From assembly GCA_964514375.1 (NCBI GenBank), contig CAZEQH010000004.1, positions 191 to 64,190 of the forward strand: DNA of 64,000 bases, read 5' to 3'. The notes below the pieces were generated by a model, which saw only the letters and a list, made by a program, of their open reading frames with translations, was not told where the DNA came from and searched no databases. The stretch comes from an uncultured Candidatus Saccharibacteria bacterium. Its GTDB lineage: Bacteria > Patescibacteriota > Minisyncoccia > Minisyncoccales > JANBVM01. A program made the translations under genes and the position numbers. Shown here one piece after another: positions 26,180 through 33,908 of this stretch. Position 1 is the stretch's first letter; each line of letters opens with the position of its first letter.

Positions 26180-26208
26180 AAAGGAATCACGGCTAATATC
26201 CCTGATAT

Positions 26209-27243
26209 ATGATTACAATCGACGGTTCCAAAATGGAAGGAGGAGGACAGATTTTGAGAACCTCCCTCGCCCTGGCCTCAAGTTTAAGACAGTCCTGCGA
26301 AGTTTCTCATATAAGGGAAGGAAGGGAAAAACCCGGCCTCATGCCTCAGCACTTGTCGGCCTTAAAGGCGGCGGCTGAATTGTGCGGAGGGGAGGTAAAG
26401 GGGGATTTCCTGGGAAGCAGGACGATACAGTTTTTTCCCGGCGCCTCTACAGAAAAATCTCTGACCATTAAGCTGGAAACGGCGGCCAGCATTCCTTTAA
26501 TAATGCAGGCCCTAATACTCCCCAGTCTTGTGTCTTCTTCTCCTGTTTCTATAAGTGTCAGAGGGGGGGCTACCGACACCTTCTTTGCCCCGTCATGGGA
26601 TTTCTTCCAGCATGTATTTCTAAAAATATTGGAAAGGATGGGAGCTGAGATAGAAGTGGAAACTAAAAAAAGGGGTTATTTTCCGGAAGGCGGTGCGGAA
26701 ATCATTTTGAAAATCCATCCCTCTTCTTTGAAAATTCGTTCCCTTACTAAAAGAGGGGAATTGACGAAAATATCGGTTTTTTCGGGAGCATCTTCTTCTC
26801 TACGGGAAAGAAAGGTAGCCGAACGCCAGATTACGGGAGCCAGAAGTGTGCTAGACAAGCTGAAAGGTTTTCCCGTACATACAGACATTAGGTATTACCA
26901 AACAGAATCCCCCGGCAGTCATATTTGCCTGGCGGCAGAATTCACCGGCACGGTTCTGGGGACAGATGTTCTGGGAACCCTGGGTAAAAGAGCTGAGGAC
27001 GTGGGACGGGAAGCTGCATCCAACTTACTGGAAGAAGAAAAAAATGGCGCCTGCCTGGATAAACATCTGACAGACCAGGCCCTTCCCTTTCTTGCCCTGC
27101 ATCCAAAAAAAATCGAGGTCAAGACCTCGCAAATTACCAGCCACGCCAGGACTAATATGTGGGTGATTGAAAAATTTATAAAAGGAAAATTCGAAACGCG
27201 GGAAAATAACATTACCTGGCTGCCGCTACAATCTAATCAGTGA
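26209..27243 (+). CDS. rtcA: RNA 3'-terminal phosphate cyclase RtcA
   Basis: IDGSKMEGGGQILRTSLALASSL at the N-terminus and the length (344 aa) are typical of RtcA. Confidence 0.8.
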   Translation: MITIDGSKMEGGGQILRTSLALASSLRQSCEVSHIREGREKPGLMPQHLSALKAAAELCGGEVKGDFLGSRTIQFFPGASTEKSLTIKLETAASIPLIMQALILPSLVSSSPVSISVRGGATDTFFAPSWDFFQHVFLKILERMGAEIEVETKKRGYFPEGGAEIILKIHPSSLKIRSLTKRGELTKISVFSGASSSLRERKVAERQITGARSVLDKLKGFPVHTDIRYYQTESPGSHICLAAEFTGTVLGTDVLGTLGKRAEDVGREAASNLLEEEKNGACLDKHLTDQALPFLALHPKKIEVKTSQITSHARTNMWVIEKFIKGKFETRENNITWLPLQSNQ

Positions 27244-27245
27244 AT

Positions 27246-28220
27246 TCAGATAGACTTATGCAAAGAAATGTTAGACCATTTCCCGCATCGGTCCCCCCAG
27301 CGCGCCATGGTTTTTCCTTCCATCTTTGCTTCTATAACTTCGCAGTGATTCGGACACCCGTCGCACTGGAAAGAAGTGCACTGGACGTCTTTATCTGAAA
27401 CCTCAAAGCCTAAAAATTTTGTTTTATCGGGAGCGGCTTCTTCAACCAGAAGAGCTGCTCCAAATGCCCCCATAACAGTATTATAAGAAGGGACAATAAT
27501 TTCCTGCTGCAAGGCATCTTCAAAGGCCTTCCTCATTCCTATGTTTTGAGAAACTCCTCCCAGGAAAACTATAGGAGCACTGACGTTCTTGCCTTTAGCT
27601 ACATTAGCTAAAAAATTCCTCGCCAGACCCTGGCATAAACCAGCGACAATATCCTCCACCCTGTGCCCTATCTGCTGTTTATGAATCATGTCGGACTCAC
27701 AAAAGACCGTACACCTAGAGCCGATGTTGGTCGGCTTTTTAGATTTTAAAGACAGACCTCCAAATTGTTCTATGGGTATTTTCAGCCGGAAGGCCTGAGC
27801 GTCGAGGAAAGACCCCGTGCCGGCTGCACAAATCAGGTTCATGGCAAAATCCACCGCTACACCATTGTCCAGAATAATAATCTTGGAATCCTGACCTCCT
27901 ATCTCTATGATAGTCCTGACGTCCGGCACCACGAAAGACGTGCCTTTGGCATGGGCTGTAATTTCGTTCTTAACCAAGTCCGCTCCTGTAATGACTCCGG
28001 CTAGATAGCGTGCAGAACCCGTAGTCCCCACGCCCACTATATCAACGTCCATGTCATTACTTTTAAGATAATCGTGCAGGTGTTTAAGCCCCTTCTGGAC
28101 AGCGCCGATGGGGTTGCCTTCCGTTCTCCTGTACAGATGATATAGTATCTTCCCGTCCGGGTCTATTAAGACCAGCTTAGTAGAAATGGAACCTACGTCT
28201 ATACCTAAATAAGTCTTCAT
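27246..28220 (-). CDS. BcrA/BadF/HgdC-type ATPase (CoA-substrate-specific enzyme activase-like) with a Cys-rich C-terminal extension
   Basis: ASKHA-fold N-terminus YLGIDVGSISTKLVLID, then GVGTTGSARY, ICAAGTGSFLD, SRCTVFCESDM and FLGGVSQN. The C-terminus is CTSFQCDGCPNHCEV...WGDRCGKW. Confidence 0.7.
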   Translation of the reverse strand: MKTYLGIDVGSISTKLVLIDPDGKILYHLYRRTEGNPIGAVQKGLKHLHDYLKSNDMDVDIVGVGTTGSARYLAGVITGADLVKNEITAHAKGTSFVVPDVRTIIEIGGQDSKIIILDNGVAVDFAMNLICAAGTGSFLDAQAFRLKIPIEQFGGLSLKSKKPTNIGSRCTVFCESDMIHKQQIGHRVEDIVAGLCQGLARNFLANVAKGKNVSAPIVFLGGVSQNIGMRKAFEDALQQEIIVPSYNTVMGAFGAALLVEEAAPDKTKFLGFEVSDKDVQCTSFQCDGCPNHCEVIEAKMEGKTMARWGDRCGKWSNISLHKSI

Positions 28221-29308
28221 GATAAACTTTGGCGATTATACTTCTTATGATGGTTTTTGACAACATCCACGAAGGCCTCCAGCCTGGTATCAATACCCGC
28301 TTCAGCCACCTGTTCGTCCAGAGAAAGAGATAAAAAAGGAATGTTTTTTTCCTTATGGATGTTCTCCAAGATAGGCCTTACCGTTACTTCAGGCATGCAG
28401 CCGAACGGCAGCAGGTGAACGACCCCGTCAAACTTTTTCTCTGCATAATCCAGCATCTCATAAATAGCGTCCCTGCCGTGGCCTCCAACGGTGGATTTCA
28501 AATAGGGATTTATCTTCCGCTGGATAACCCAATCCTTCCAGGGAAAAATTATCTTCTGAATATGATAAGTAACGTCCATTTCACGATGAACCTCAATGCC
28601 TTCTTTCCCCAGCTTTCTCTCCACTCCAAAATTGATATGAGGATCGCTCACGGTATATATCTCTCCTATAATGCCCACCCTAGGTACGGATTTATTCTTA
28701 TCAACCTTGATCTTAAGCAGTTTTTTCCCTATTTCAGTTTCAAGGCTCGACAATTCTTCCGGCCGATCCGCTCTTTCCATCCTGGCTAAAAAATAATCTA
28801 CTAATTTATCCGTTTCTCCGGCCTGAATTTCCCGCGGCCGATAATACTGGGCCTTTCTATCCACCTTTTCTACAAGCCATAGTTTTTTGAAAAAGATTCT
28901 GGCAGCCCTGAAAATCTGTGAAAAGGAAGCTCCGGAAACGCTTTTTACTTTCTTATAAATATTCTTGGGCGTTATCTTAAGGTCAATGAAATCAATATCC
29001 CAACCGTTTTCCTTGAGAATCTTATTCTGTATGGCTCCATAATACCTTTGTCGGCAGGATCCTCCTACGTTTTGTACCATAAAAATGGTGTTGGCTCCTT
29101 TTCTTAAGGCAGGTAAGTAGTTTCCGATAGTGGCTTTCATGGGAAAACAAAACATGTCTGGAACCAACTTAGCTCCCTCAGAAACGGTCCTGGGGTTAGT
29201 TTTTTCGGGGGGGATAACTTCCAAGCCCAATTGTTCAAAAAGGGTTTTGAAGGCTACGGTATAATTGCCCCAGCCGGCAAAAGTAACTATGGTTTTTTCT
29301 CTGGGCAT
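28217..29308 (-). CDS. 2-hydroxyacyl-CoA dehydratase/activase-associated subunit-like protein (second component)
   Basis: Resembles the C-terminal module of the large fused CoA-enzyme-activase proteins. It ends in DEQVAEAGIDTRLEAFVDVV, paralogous to the upstream gene's terminus. The start is set at ATG 29308 (MPREKTIVTFAGWGNY), 4 nt after the upstream stop, rather than the track start at 29380, which would overlap by 68 nt. Confidence 0.5.
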   Translation of the reverse strand: MPREKTIVTFAGWGNYTVAFKTLFEQLGLEVIPPEKTNPRTVSEGAKLVPDMFCFPMKATIGNYLPALRKGANTIFMVQNVGGSCRQRYYGAIQNKILKENGWDIDFIDLKITPKNIYKKVKSVSGASFSQIFRAARIFFKKLWLVEKVDRKAQYYRPREIQAGETDKLVDYFLARMERADRPEELSSLETEIGKKLLKIKVDKNKSVPRVGIIGEIYTVSDPHINFGVERKLGKEGIEVHREMDVTYHIQKIIFPWKDWVIQRKINPYLKSTVGGHGRDAIYEMLDYAEKKFDGVVHLLPFGCMPEVTVRPILENIHKEKNIPFLSLSLDEQVAEAGIDTRLEAFVDVVKNHHKKYNRQSLS

Positions 29309-29312
29309 AATA

Positions 29313-30230
29313 TTAATGGAGGGTATCCACGAAAGCCTCCAGCCTGGTTTGAAGGCCCGCTTCTCCCGTATGTTCGTCAATAATCAAATAAAGAAAAGGG
29401 GTTTTTCTTTTTTTAAATTCTCCTTCCACCATCTCTTTAATGACGCCGTCGCATCCGCATTGAAAAGAGGATATTTCCACTCCTCCCGTAATATTATATT
29501 TAAAGATTTCCCTGATTTTTTCAACTATTTCCTCGGCAAATTCCCAATGGAAATCCACTTCGGACAAGTCGCCGGCAGCACCCTTTCTTTTGGGTAAAAA
29601 TTTACGATGTCTGACCGGCACTTCTTCCAGCATAAGCGGCTGAACTCCCAACCGGAGAAGTTTCTCTTCGGTTCTCAGATTTACATAGGTATCATACAGA
29701 TTGTAGGGATGGGAAATTAAAATAATCTTAGGCTTTTTAGACGCCAGTTTTTTAAAAAATTTTTCCTCTTTTTTCAGCTCTTCTCTTTTTTCCTTTAAAA
29801 GTGAGTCCCTCAGCGCCGCCTTGACGTCTTGGACATTTTTATCAAGTTGAGCGCCCAGCTGCTCCAGGCTTTTCTGAAAAGACCTTTTCTTTTGGTCTAA
29901 GGTGCAGGTCAGTATGGGCGTAGTCACAAGAATTTGAGCCAGGTCCGGCAAACCGAAAAATTTCGGACAGTATTCCAGTTTTATTTCGTTGGTTTTAAGC
30001 CGTGGAACAAAGATTAAATCACATTTCTTGTCCAACCACATAAGGTGGCCCCAATACACCTTATTGGAGAAACATGTTTCCGGGTCTGCCTTCTTCACCC
30101 CCATCTCCACTATCTCTCTGTTGGTGGCGGGAGAAAGCAAGACCTCAAAACCCAGATTCTTGAAAAAACCCTCCCAGAAAAGTGGTCTCTTCCAATAAAC
30201 TAAAGCTTTAGGAATGCCTATAGTAACCAT
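29313..30230 (-). CDS. DUF2229-like CoA-enzyme-activase-associated protein (first component)
   Basis: N-terminus IGIPKALVYWKRPLFWEGFFKNLGFEVLLSPATN...ETCFSNKVYWGH is typical of the uncharacterised domain fused to BcrA/HgdC-type activases. The C-terminus is DEHTGEAGLQTRLEAFVDTL. Confidence 0.5.
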   Translation of the reverse strand: MVTIGIPKALVYWKRPLFWEGFFKNLGFEVLLSPATNREIVEMGVKKADPETCFSNKVYWGHLMWLDKKCDLIFVPRLKTNEIKLEYCPKFFGLPDLAQILVTTPILTCTLDQKKRSFQKSLEQLGAQLDKNVQDVKAALRDSLLKEKREELKKEEKFFKKLASKKPKIILISHPYNLYDTYVNLRTEEKLLRLGVQPLMLEEVPVRHRKFLPKRKGAAGDLSEVDFHWEFAEEIVEKIREIFKYNITGGVEISSFQCGCDGVIKEMVEGEFKKRKTPFLYLIIDEHTGEAGLQTRLEAFVDTLH

Positions 30231-30235
30231 AAATA

Positions 30236-31489
30236 TTAAAGCAGAATCCCCTGCTTGGATAGACTTCTGTTTTCTTCGCTGGAAAATATTTTTACCTTCC
30301 CATAAACTCCGTCGTAACCGGGCTCTATAATTACTCTTCCTTCCCGAACTCTTATAATGCCTTCTGCAATCTCAGCTGCTGCCGTCCGCTCCAAGTCTTC
30401 TCTGGGTACGTCAAGCAGAATTTTTATCTCACTCCCCAGATTTTCGGTCAAAGAATTATATTCTTCCCTTACCTTTTTAGTTTTAACCCCAACTCCCAGG
30501 GCTTCTGAAATTATTTCCTTCAGCGGAACCAGTCTTTTAAAGGGAATGGCATGTTCCGGATGGAAACCGGGAGGATTTTGGGCCAGCTGTTCTATCCGGT
30601 TTAATACTCCTATAGTCAGCTGACGCCCACAGTTTGGGCAGATATTATTACATTTCCTTGATTCTGCTGGAGAAAAGCAAACACCGCAGATTCTGTGACC
30701 GTCGTAGTGATATTTACCCTCTTGGGGAAAAAACTCAATAGTATAAAGAAATTTTCCGTTGTCTCTATTTTTAAGCGCCGAAATAAGTGATGGATAACTC
30801 ATTTCTGTGTCAAAAACATTCACCTCTCTCCCTATGTTTTCCGGCGAATGGGCGTCGGAATTGGACACAAGGGTTAATGTTCCCCCCTCCCCCAGCCTCC
30901 ATATCATTTCAGGGTCTGCGGAAAGCCCTGTTTCCATGGCAAAAATATAGTCGGAATAATCCTCAAAACATTCTTTTAGAGAATTGAATCCCGATTTGGA
31001 GCCGAAGAGAGCGAACCAGGGAGTCATCACGTGGGCCGGAATCACCATACACTGCTCCGACGCATCAAGAATTATGCCGGTCAATTCCTTAGCGTCCAAA
31101 CCCAGTATCGGCCTGCCGTCGGCGGACAAATTGCCTATTTCAGAAAGCCTCCCGTTAATTTTTTCTACTGCCTCAATAGAGGGGGCTAAGACCAGAATAT
31201 GGATTTTGCGCACCCTGTCGTTCTTGGAATAAATACAGCTTATCTCCGCCGTTAAAATGAAACGGGTAAATTCTCCTGTCTGTTTTTTTATTTTAAAAAG
31301 ACCTTCCTCTGCAGATTCTAATTTCTTTTTAATATTCTCCATCCAATAGGGATGGGTGAAGTCGCCGGTCCCCAAGACATGAATCCCCTTGATTTTTGCC
31401 CATCGGTCAAGGGTTTCCAGTTCCATTTGGGGAGAAGTGGCTCTAGAATATTTAGAATGCAGATGAAGGTCCGCTATGAGCCTCATCAC
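30236..31489 (-). CDS. PHP-domain endonuclease, endonuclease Q (EndoQ)-like
   Basis: N-terminus ADLHLHSKYSRATSPQM...HVLGTGDFTHPYW, and a zinc-finger segment CGVCF...CPNCGRQLTIGVLNRIEQL. From memory it resembles Pyrococcus EndoQ (DLHIHS.YS.A...GTGD). Confidence 0.55.
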   Translation of the reverse strand: MMRLIADLHLHSKYSRATSPQMELETLDRWAKIKGIHVLGTGDFTHPYWMENIKKKLESAEEGLFKIKKQTGEFTRFILTAEISCIYSKNDRVRKIHILVLAPSIEAVEKINGRLSEIGNLSADGRPILGLDAKELTGIILDASEQCMVIPAHVMTPWFALFGSKSGFNSLKECFEDYSDYIFAMETGLSADPEMIWRLGEGGTLTLVSNSDAHSPENIGREVNVFDTEMSYPSLISALKNRDNGKFLYTIEFFPQEGKYHYDGHRICGVCFSPAESRKCNNICPNCGRQLTIGVLNRIEQLAQNPPGFHPEHAIPFKRLVPLKEIISEALGVGVKTKKVREEYNSLTENLGSEIKILLDVPREDLERTAAAEIAEGIIRVREGRVIIEPGYDGVYGKVKIFSSEENRSLSKQGILL

Positions 31490-31920
31490 TCCTTATTAAA
31501 AACTTTCTTTTCCAACGATCCCATCCCTGACAGCACCAATAGTACTAAGAAGGTGGTAAAAGCTGAAAGGGAAAAGAATTTCATTCCCACAGCCGTACCT
31601 ATGGCGGACACTGTCCAAAGGCCGGCAGCCGTAGTCAAACCTACTACTCCGGAAGACTGCTGGAAAATCACGCCAGCCCCGATAAAACCTATTCCTATCA
31701 CTATGGCTTGAATAACTCTGATGGGGTCGAAAACCATTTTAGAGTAATCCTTATAAACAGACACTATACTGAATGCAATAATAGTAAAGAGACAGGAACC
31801 CAGACAGACCAAACTGTAGGTTTGCAGACCGGCTCCCTTCTTCTTGTATTCTCTTTCCAGGCCGATGAGGGCACCTAAGAAAGTAGCTAAAACCAGTTGA
31901 TAGATTATTTGAAAATCCAT
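31486..31920 (-). CDS. MgtC/SapB family membrane protein
   Basis: LGALIGLEREYKKKGAGLQTYSLVCLGSCLFTII is the typical MgtC N-terminal membrane-domain signature. Confidence 0.7.
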   Translation of the reverse strand: MDFQIIYQLVLATFLGALIGLEREYKKKGAGLQTYSLVCLGSCLFTIIAFSIVSVYKDYSKMVFDPIRVIQAIVIGIGFIGAGVIFQQSSGVVGLTTAAGLWTVSAIGTAVGMKFFSLSAFTTFLVLLVLSGMGSLEKKVFNKE

Positions 31921-31941
31921 TATTAATGAAATGGAATTAAG

Positions 31942-32211
31942 TTATATTTTATAAACCTTGTATCCTTCCCTAACCTTCTGGTCAAACTTCAAACCCACAG
32001 AATCACCTTTCTTGGCCTTTTTCATTTTTTTGTGGTCAACCTCCATGGATTCCACCTGCTGTTCAAAATCAGTTTCTCCACCCACAACCCTGATATTTTC
32101 TCCTTCCTCCAAGCCGCCAGAAAGCTCTACGACTCCTACTCGTATATGCCCGAAATAATGACTAATAATGCCGATAAGTTTCCCCTCAGGATTTAATTTT
32201 TTTTCCGGCAT
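31942..32211 (-). CDS. Small beta-barrel protein resembling elongation-factor domain 2 (translation elongation factor-like)
   Basis: 89 aa. IGIISHYFGHIRVGVVELSGGLEEGENIRVVG...KGDSVGLKF resembles the EF-Tu domain-2 barrel. Weak assignment. Confidence 0.35.
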   Translation of the reverse strand: MPEKKLNPEGKLIGIISHYFGHIRVGVVELSGGLEEGENIRVVGGETDFEQQVESMEVDHKKMKKAKKGDSVGLKFDQKVREGYKVYKI

Positions 32212-32225
32212 ACTATTTTATTGGT

Positions 32226-32780
32226 TTATTTTGCGACCTTTACCTTATCTTGTTTGATAAGTTTGATAAGCTTCCTAACGATTTTCTTAGGGTCTGTGTC
32301 GTAGGCAATCTTTTTAGTACCTCTAAAGGGAACGTTGGCAATGAATTTTATTTTATCTGCCGTCCCTCCCGTACCTTCCAATACGCCTATGGGTTTCTGT
32401 ATTTCGAAGGCGGTGACAAATTCGTGCAGGGTGCCCATTCTGCCGCAAATGACGATGACTCCGTCAGCCGCCTTGGTCATAATAATATTTCTGCCCGTGT
32501 AGTCCGCCCCCGTATATACTATCGCATCAAAAGGATCCATGGGAAGCTTATAAGTCTTGACATGAGCCGCTTCTGAAGTGGCCGGAGAAAAACCGATGGA
32601 AAGCCCTCCCACCTCCTTAAATCCCAAGGCTGAAAAATAGGGAACCCCAGTGGTTGCTCCCGTCACTAAAACACATTTTTGCCGGGCCAGCTCCTTTCCC
32701 ACCTCCCTGGAGATTTCCTCAATCCCTTCACAGCAGTGGTTTATCTGAGCAGCTCCGGATACTGCAATTTTGTAAGGCAT
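32226..32780 (-). CDS. TIGR00725/LOG-like Rossmann-fold protein
   Basis: IAVSGAA...VLVTGATTGVPY...GVIVICGRMGTLHEFVTAF resembles the LOG/TIGR00725 family (GGxGTxxE-like motif). Confidence 0.5.
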   Translation of the reverse strand: MPYKIAVSGAAQINHCCEGIEEISREVGKELARQKCVLVTGATTGVPYFSALGFKEVGGLSIGFSPATSEAAHVKTYKLPMDPFDAIVYTGADYTGRNIIMTKAADGVIVICGRMGTLHEFVTAFEIQKPIGVLEGTGGTADKIKFIANVPFRGTKKIAYDTDPKKIVRKLIKLIKQDKVKVAK

Positions 32781-32848
32781 AATAAATACATTTTACCCTC
32801 TCCTTTTCTAAAAGGCAACATAGGAAAATTAGCCTTTAGAGACAACTA

Positions 32849-32875
32849 AAAACGGGAGGTCAAACGTCCCGTTTT
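32849..32875 (-). terminator. Intrinsic terminator (minus-strand orientation)
   Basis: On the minus strand: AAAACGGGA-cgtttgacc-TCCCGTTTTT. There is no annotated gene between it and the tRNA terminator at 33099-33122. Confidence 0.6.
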
Positions 32876-33098
32876 CAGTAAGGAGAGAACAATTCTTTAC
32901 AAAATTGGCGTTCAAGTTTAACTTCAACTGGACAGGGTTGAGGAATTCCTTCTGCCTCCTCCGTTAAAAAATTGCTTGTCCTACGGAAACAATTCCGTAT
33001 CCCCTTTCGCTTCCACTTTAAGGCCAAAAACCTTCTCTGTCAAGCTAACTTTTCTGGCAACATTCCTTCTTATTACTCATTACTAAAGACTAATTACT

Positions 33099-33122
33099 AA
33101 AATCGCCCCGTAGGGCGATTTT
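33099..33122 (-). terminator. Intrinsic terminator directly after tRNA-Arg
   Basis: On the minus strand: AAAATCGCCC-tacg-GGGCGATTTT, starting 3 nt after the tRNA CCA end. Confidence 0.75.
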
Positions 33123-33124
33123 GG

Positions 33125-33200
33125 TGGTGCTCTCGGTAGGACTCGAACCTACAGTCTCTTCCTCCGGAGGGAAGCATTTTATCCATTAAACTACGAGAGC
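33125..33200 (-). tRNA. tRNA-Arg (anticodon CCG), CCA encoded
   Basis: Hand-folded cloverleaf: acceptor GCTCTCG/CGAGAGC, D arm GTTT-AATGGATA-AAAT, anticodon arm CTTCC-CTCCGGA-GGAAG (anticodon CCG), variable AGACT, T arm GTAGG-TTCGAGT-CCTAC, discriminator A, CCA. 76 nt. Confidence 0.9.
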
Positions 33201-33203
33201 CGA

Positions 33204-33908
33204 TTATTTCAGCGCCAGCTTTCTGGCTACGATATAGGTATTCTGGCGGGTTTCCCGCTGGTTCTCCGCTATCCCTAATTTTACCACTCTGAAGCCTGCT
33301 TTTTCCAGAGCGTCTCTTAGTTCCTTCCCGTAAAAATAATGATAATATCTCTCCGTCCTATCTCCCCAGGGCACCAGTATGTCTCCCCAATCCAGCTCTG
33401 ATTTCCTAATTACTTTTAGCCAGGTATACTTAAGTAACAGCATAAGCTCGCGGAAACGGTTAAATCTCCATACCGTCAGCACTAAAAGACCCTTATTTTT
33501 CAACACCCTCTGCGCCTCCTTTAGGAATTTTAATCTAAGCTGACGGGAAGGAATCTGATGGAATACGGCAACACTGAAAATCTTGTCAAAAAATTCATTA
33601 GGAAAAGAAAGTTCCAAGGCATCCTCTACAAAAAAATTGGCTTCGGGAAATTTTTTCCTGGCAATCTCAATCAGTGCTTCCGAATTATCCCCTCCAAAGT
33701 AAACCACCCCTTCTCTCTGAAAGAATGGATAATATCGTCCATTACCGCATCCCAAATCCAAAACCTTATCTCCGGGTTCGAGATACTCTTCAAATAAAAA
33801 TTTTGTTTCCGGCCAGGGGCTTTTCCGAGTTCTTGAAAAATCCTTGGCTATCAAGGTATAATCCTGTTTAGTCTTCCCGAGAAGATACCTTGCATATTCT
33901 TCTTGCAT
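33204..33908 (-). CDS. Class I SAM-dependent methyltransferase, Trm9-like (candidate tRNA mcm5U34 methyltransferase)
   Basis: SAM motif VLDLGCGNGRY, plus three stretches that match my recollection of yeast Trm9: IAKDFSRTRKSPWPE (Trm9 IAPHFSQTRYKPWP), DILVPW (DVFVPW) and ERYYHYFYGKELRDALEKAGF (YRYYHLYREGELAEDCRQAG). Confidence 0.6.
   Translation of the reverse strand: MQEEYARYLLGKTKQDYTLIAKDFSRTRKSPWPETKFLFEEYLEPGDKVLDLGCGNGRYYPFFQREGVVYFGGDNSEALIEIARKKFPEANFFVEDALELSFPNEFFDKIFSVAVFHQIPSRQLRLKFLKEAQRVLKNKGLLVLTVWRFNRFRELMLLLKYTWLKVIRKSELDWGDILVPWGDRTERYYHYFYGKELRDALEKAGFRVVKLGIAENQRETRQNTYIVARKLALK
33833..33862 (+). promoter_or_regulatory. Sigma-70-like promoter for elp3, embedded in the methyltransferase coding region
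   Basis: TTGAAA (33833-33838), 18-nt spacer, TATAAT (33857-33862), about 45 nt upstream of the elp3 ATG. Confidence 0.45.

Noticed and set aside
29309-29380. A 68-nt overlap between the two dehydratase-like genes implied by the track start at 29380
   Set aside because: An in-frame ATG at 29308 (MPREKTIVTF...) lies 4 nt after the upstream stop and gives the usual tight coupling. The extra 24 residues look like read-through of the upstream gene's conserved 3' end.
32876-33098. Attempt to assign the tRNA-proximal gene-free interval to SRP RNA, 6S RNA or RNase P RNA
   Set aside because: I could not find the diagnostic motifs: the GGAAG...AGCA-type SRP domain IV, GAGGAAAGTCC of RNase P, or a long closed hairpin for 6S. 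It is left as an unassigned candidate.
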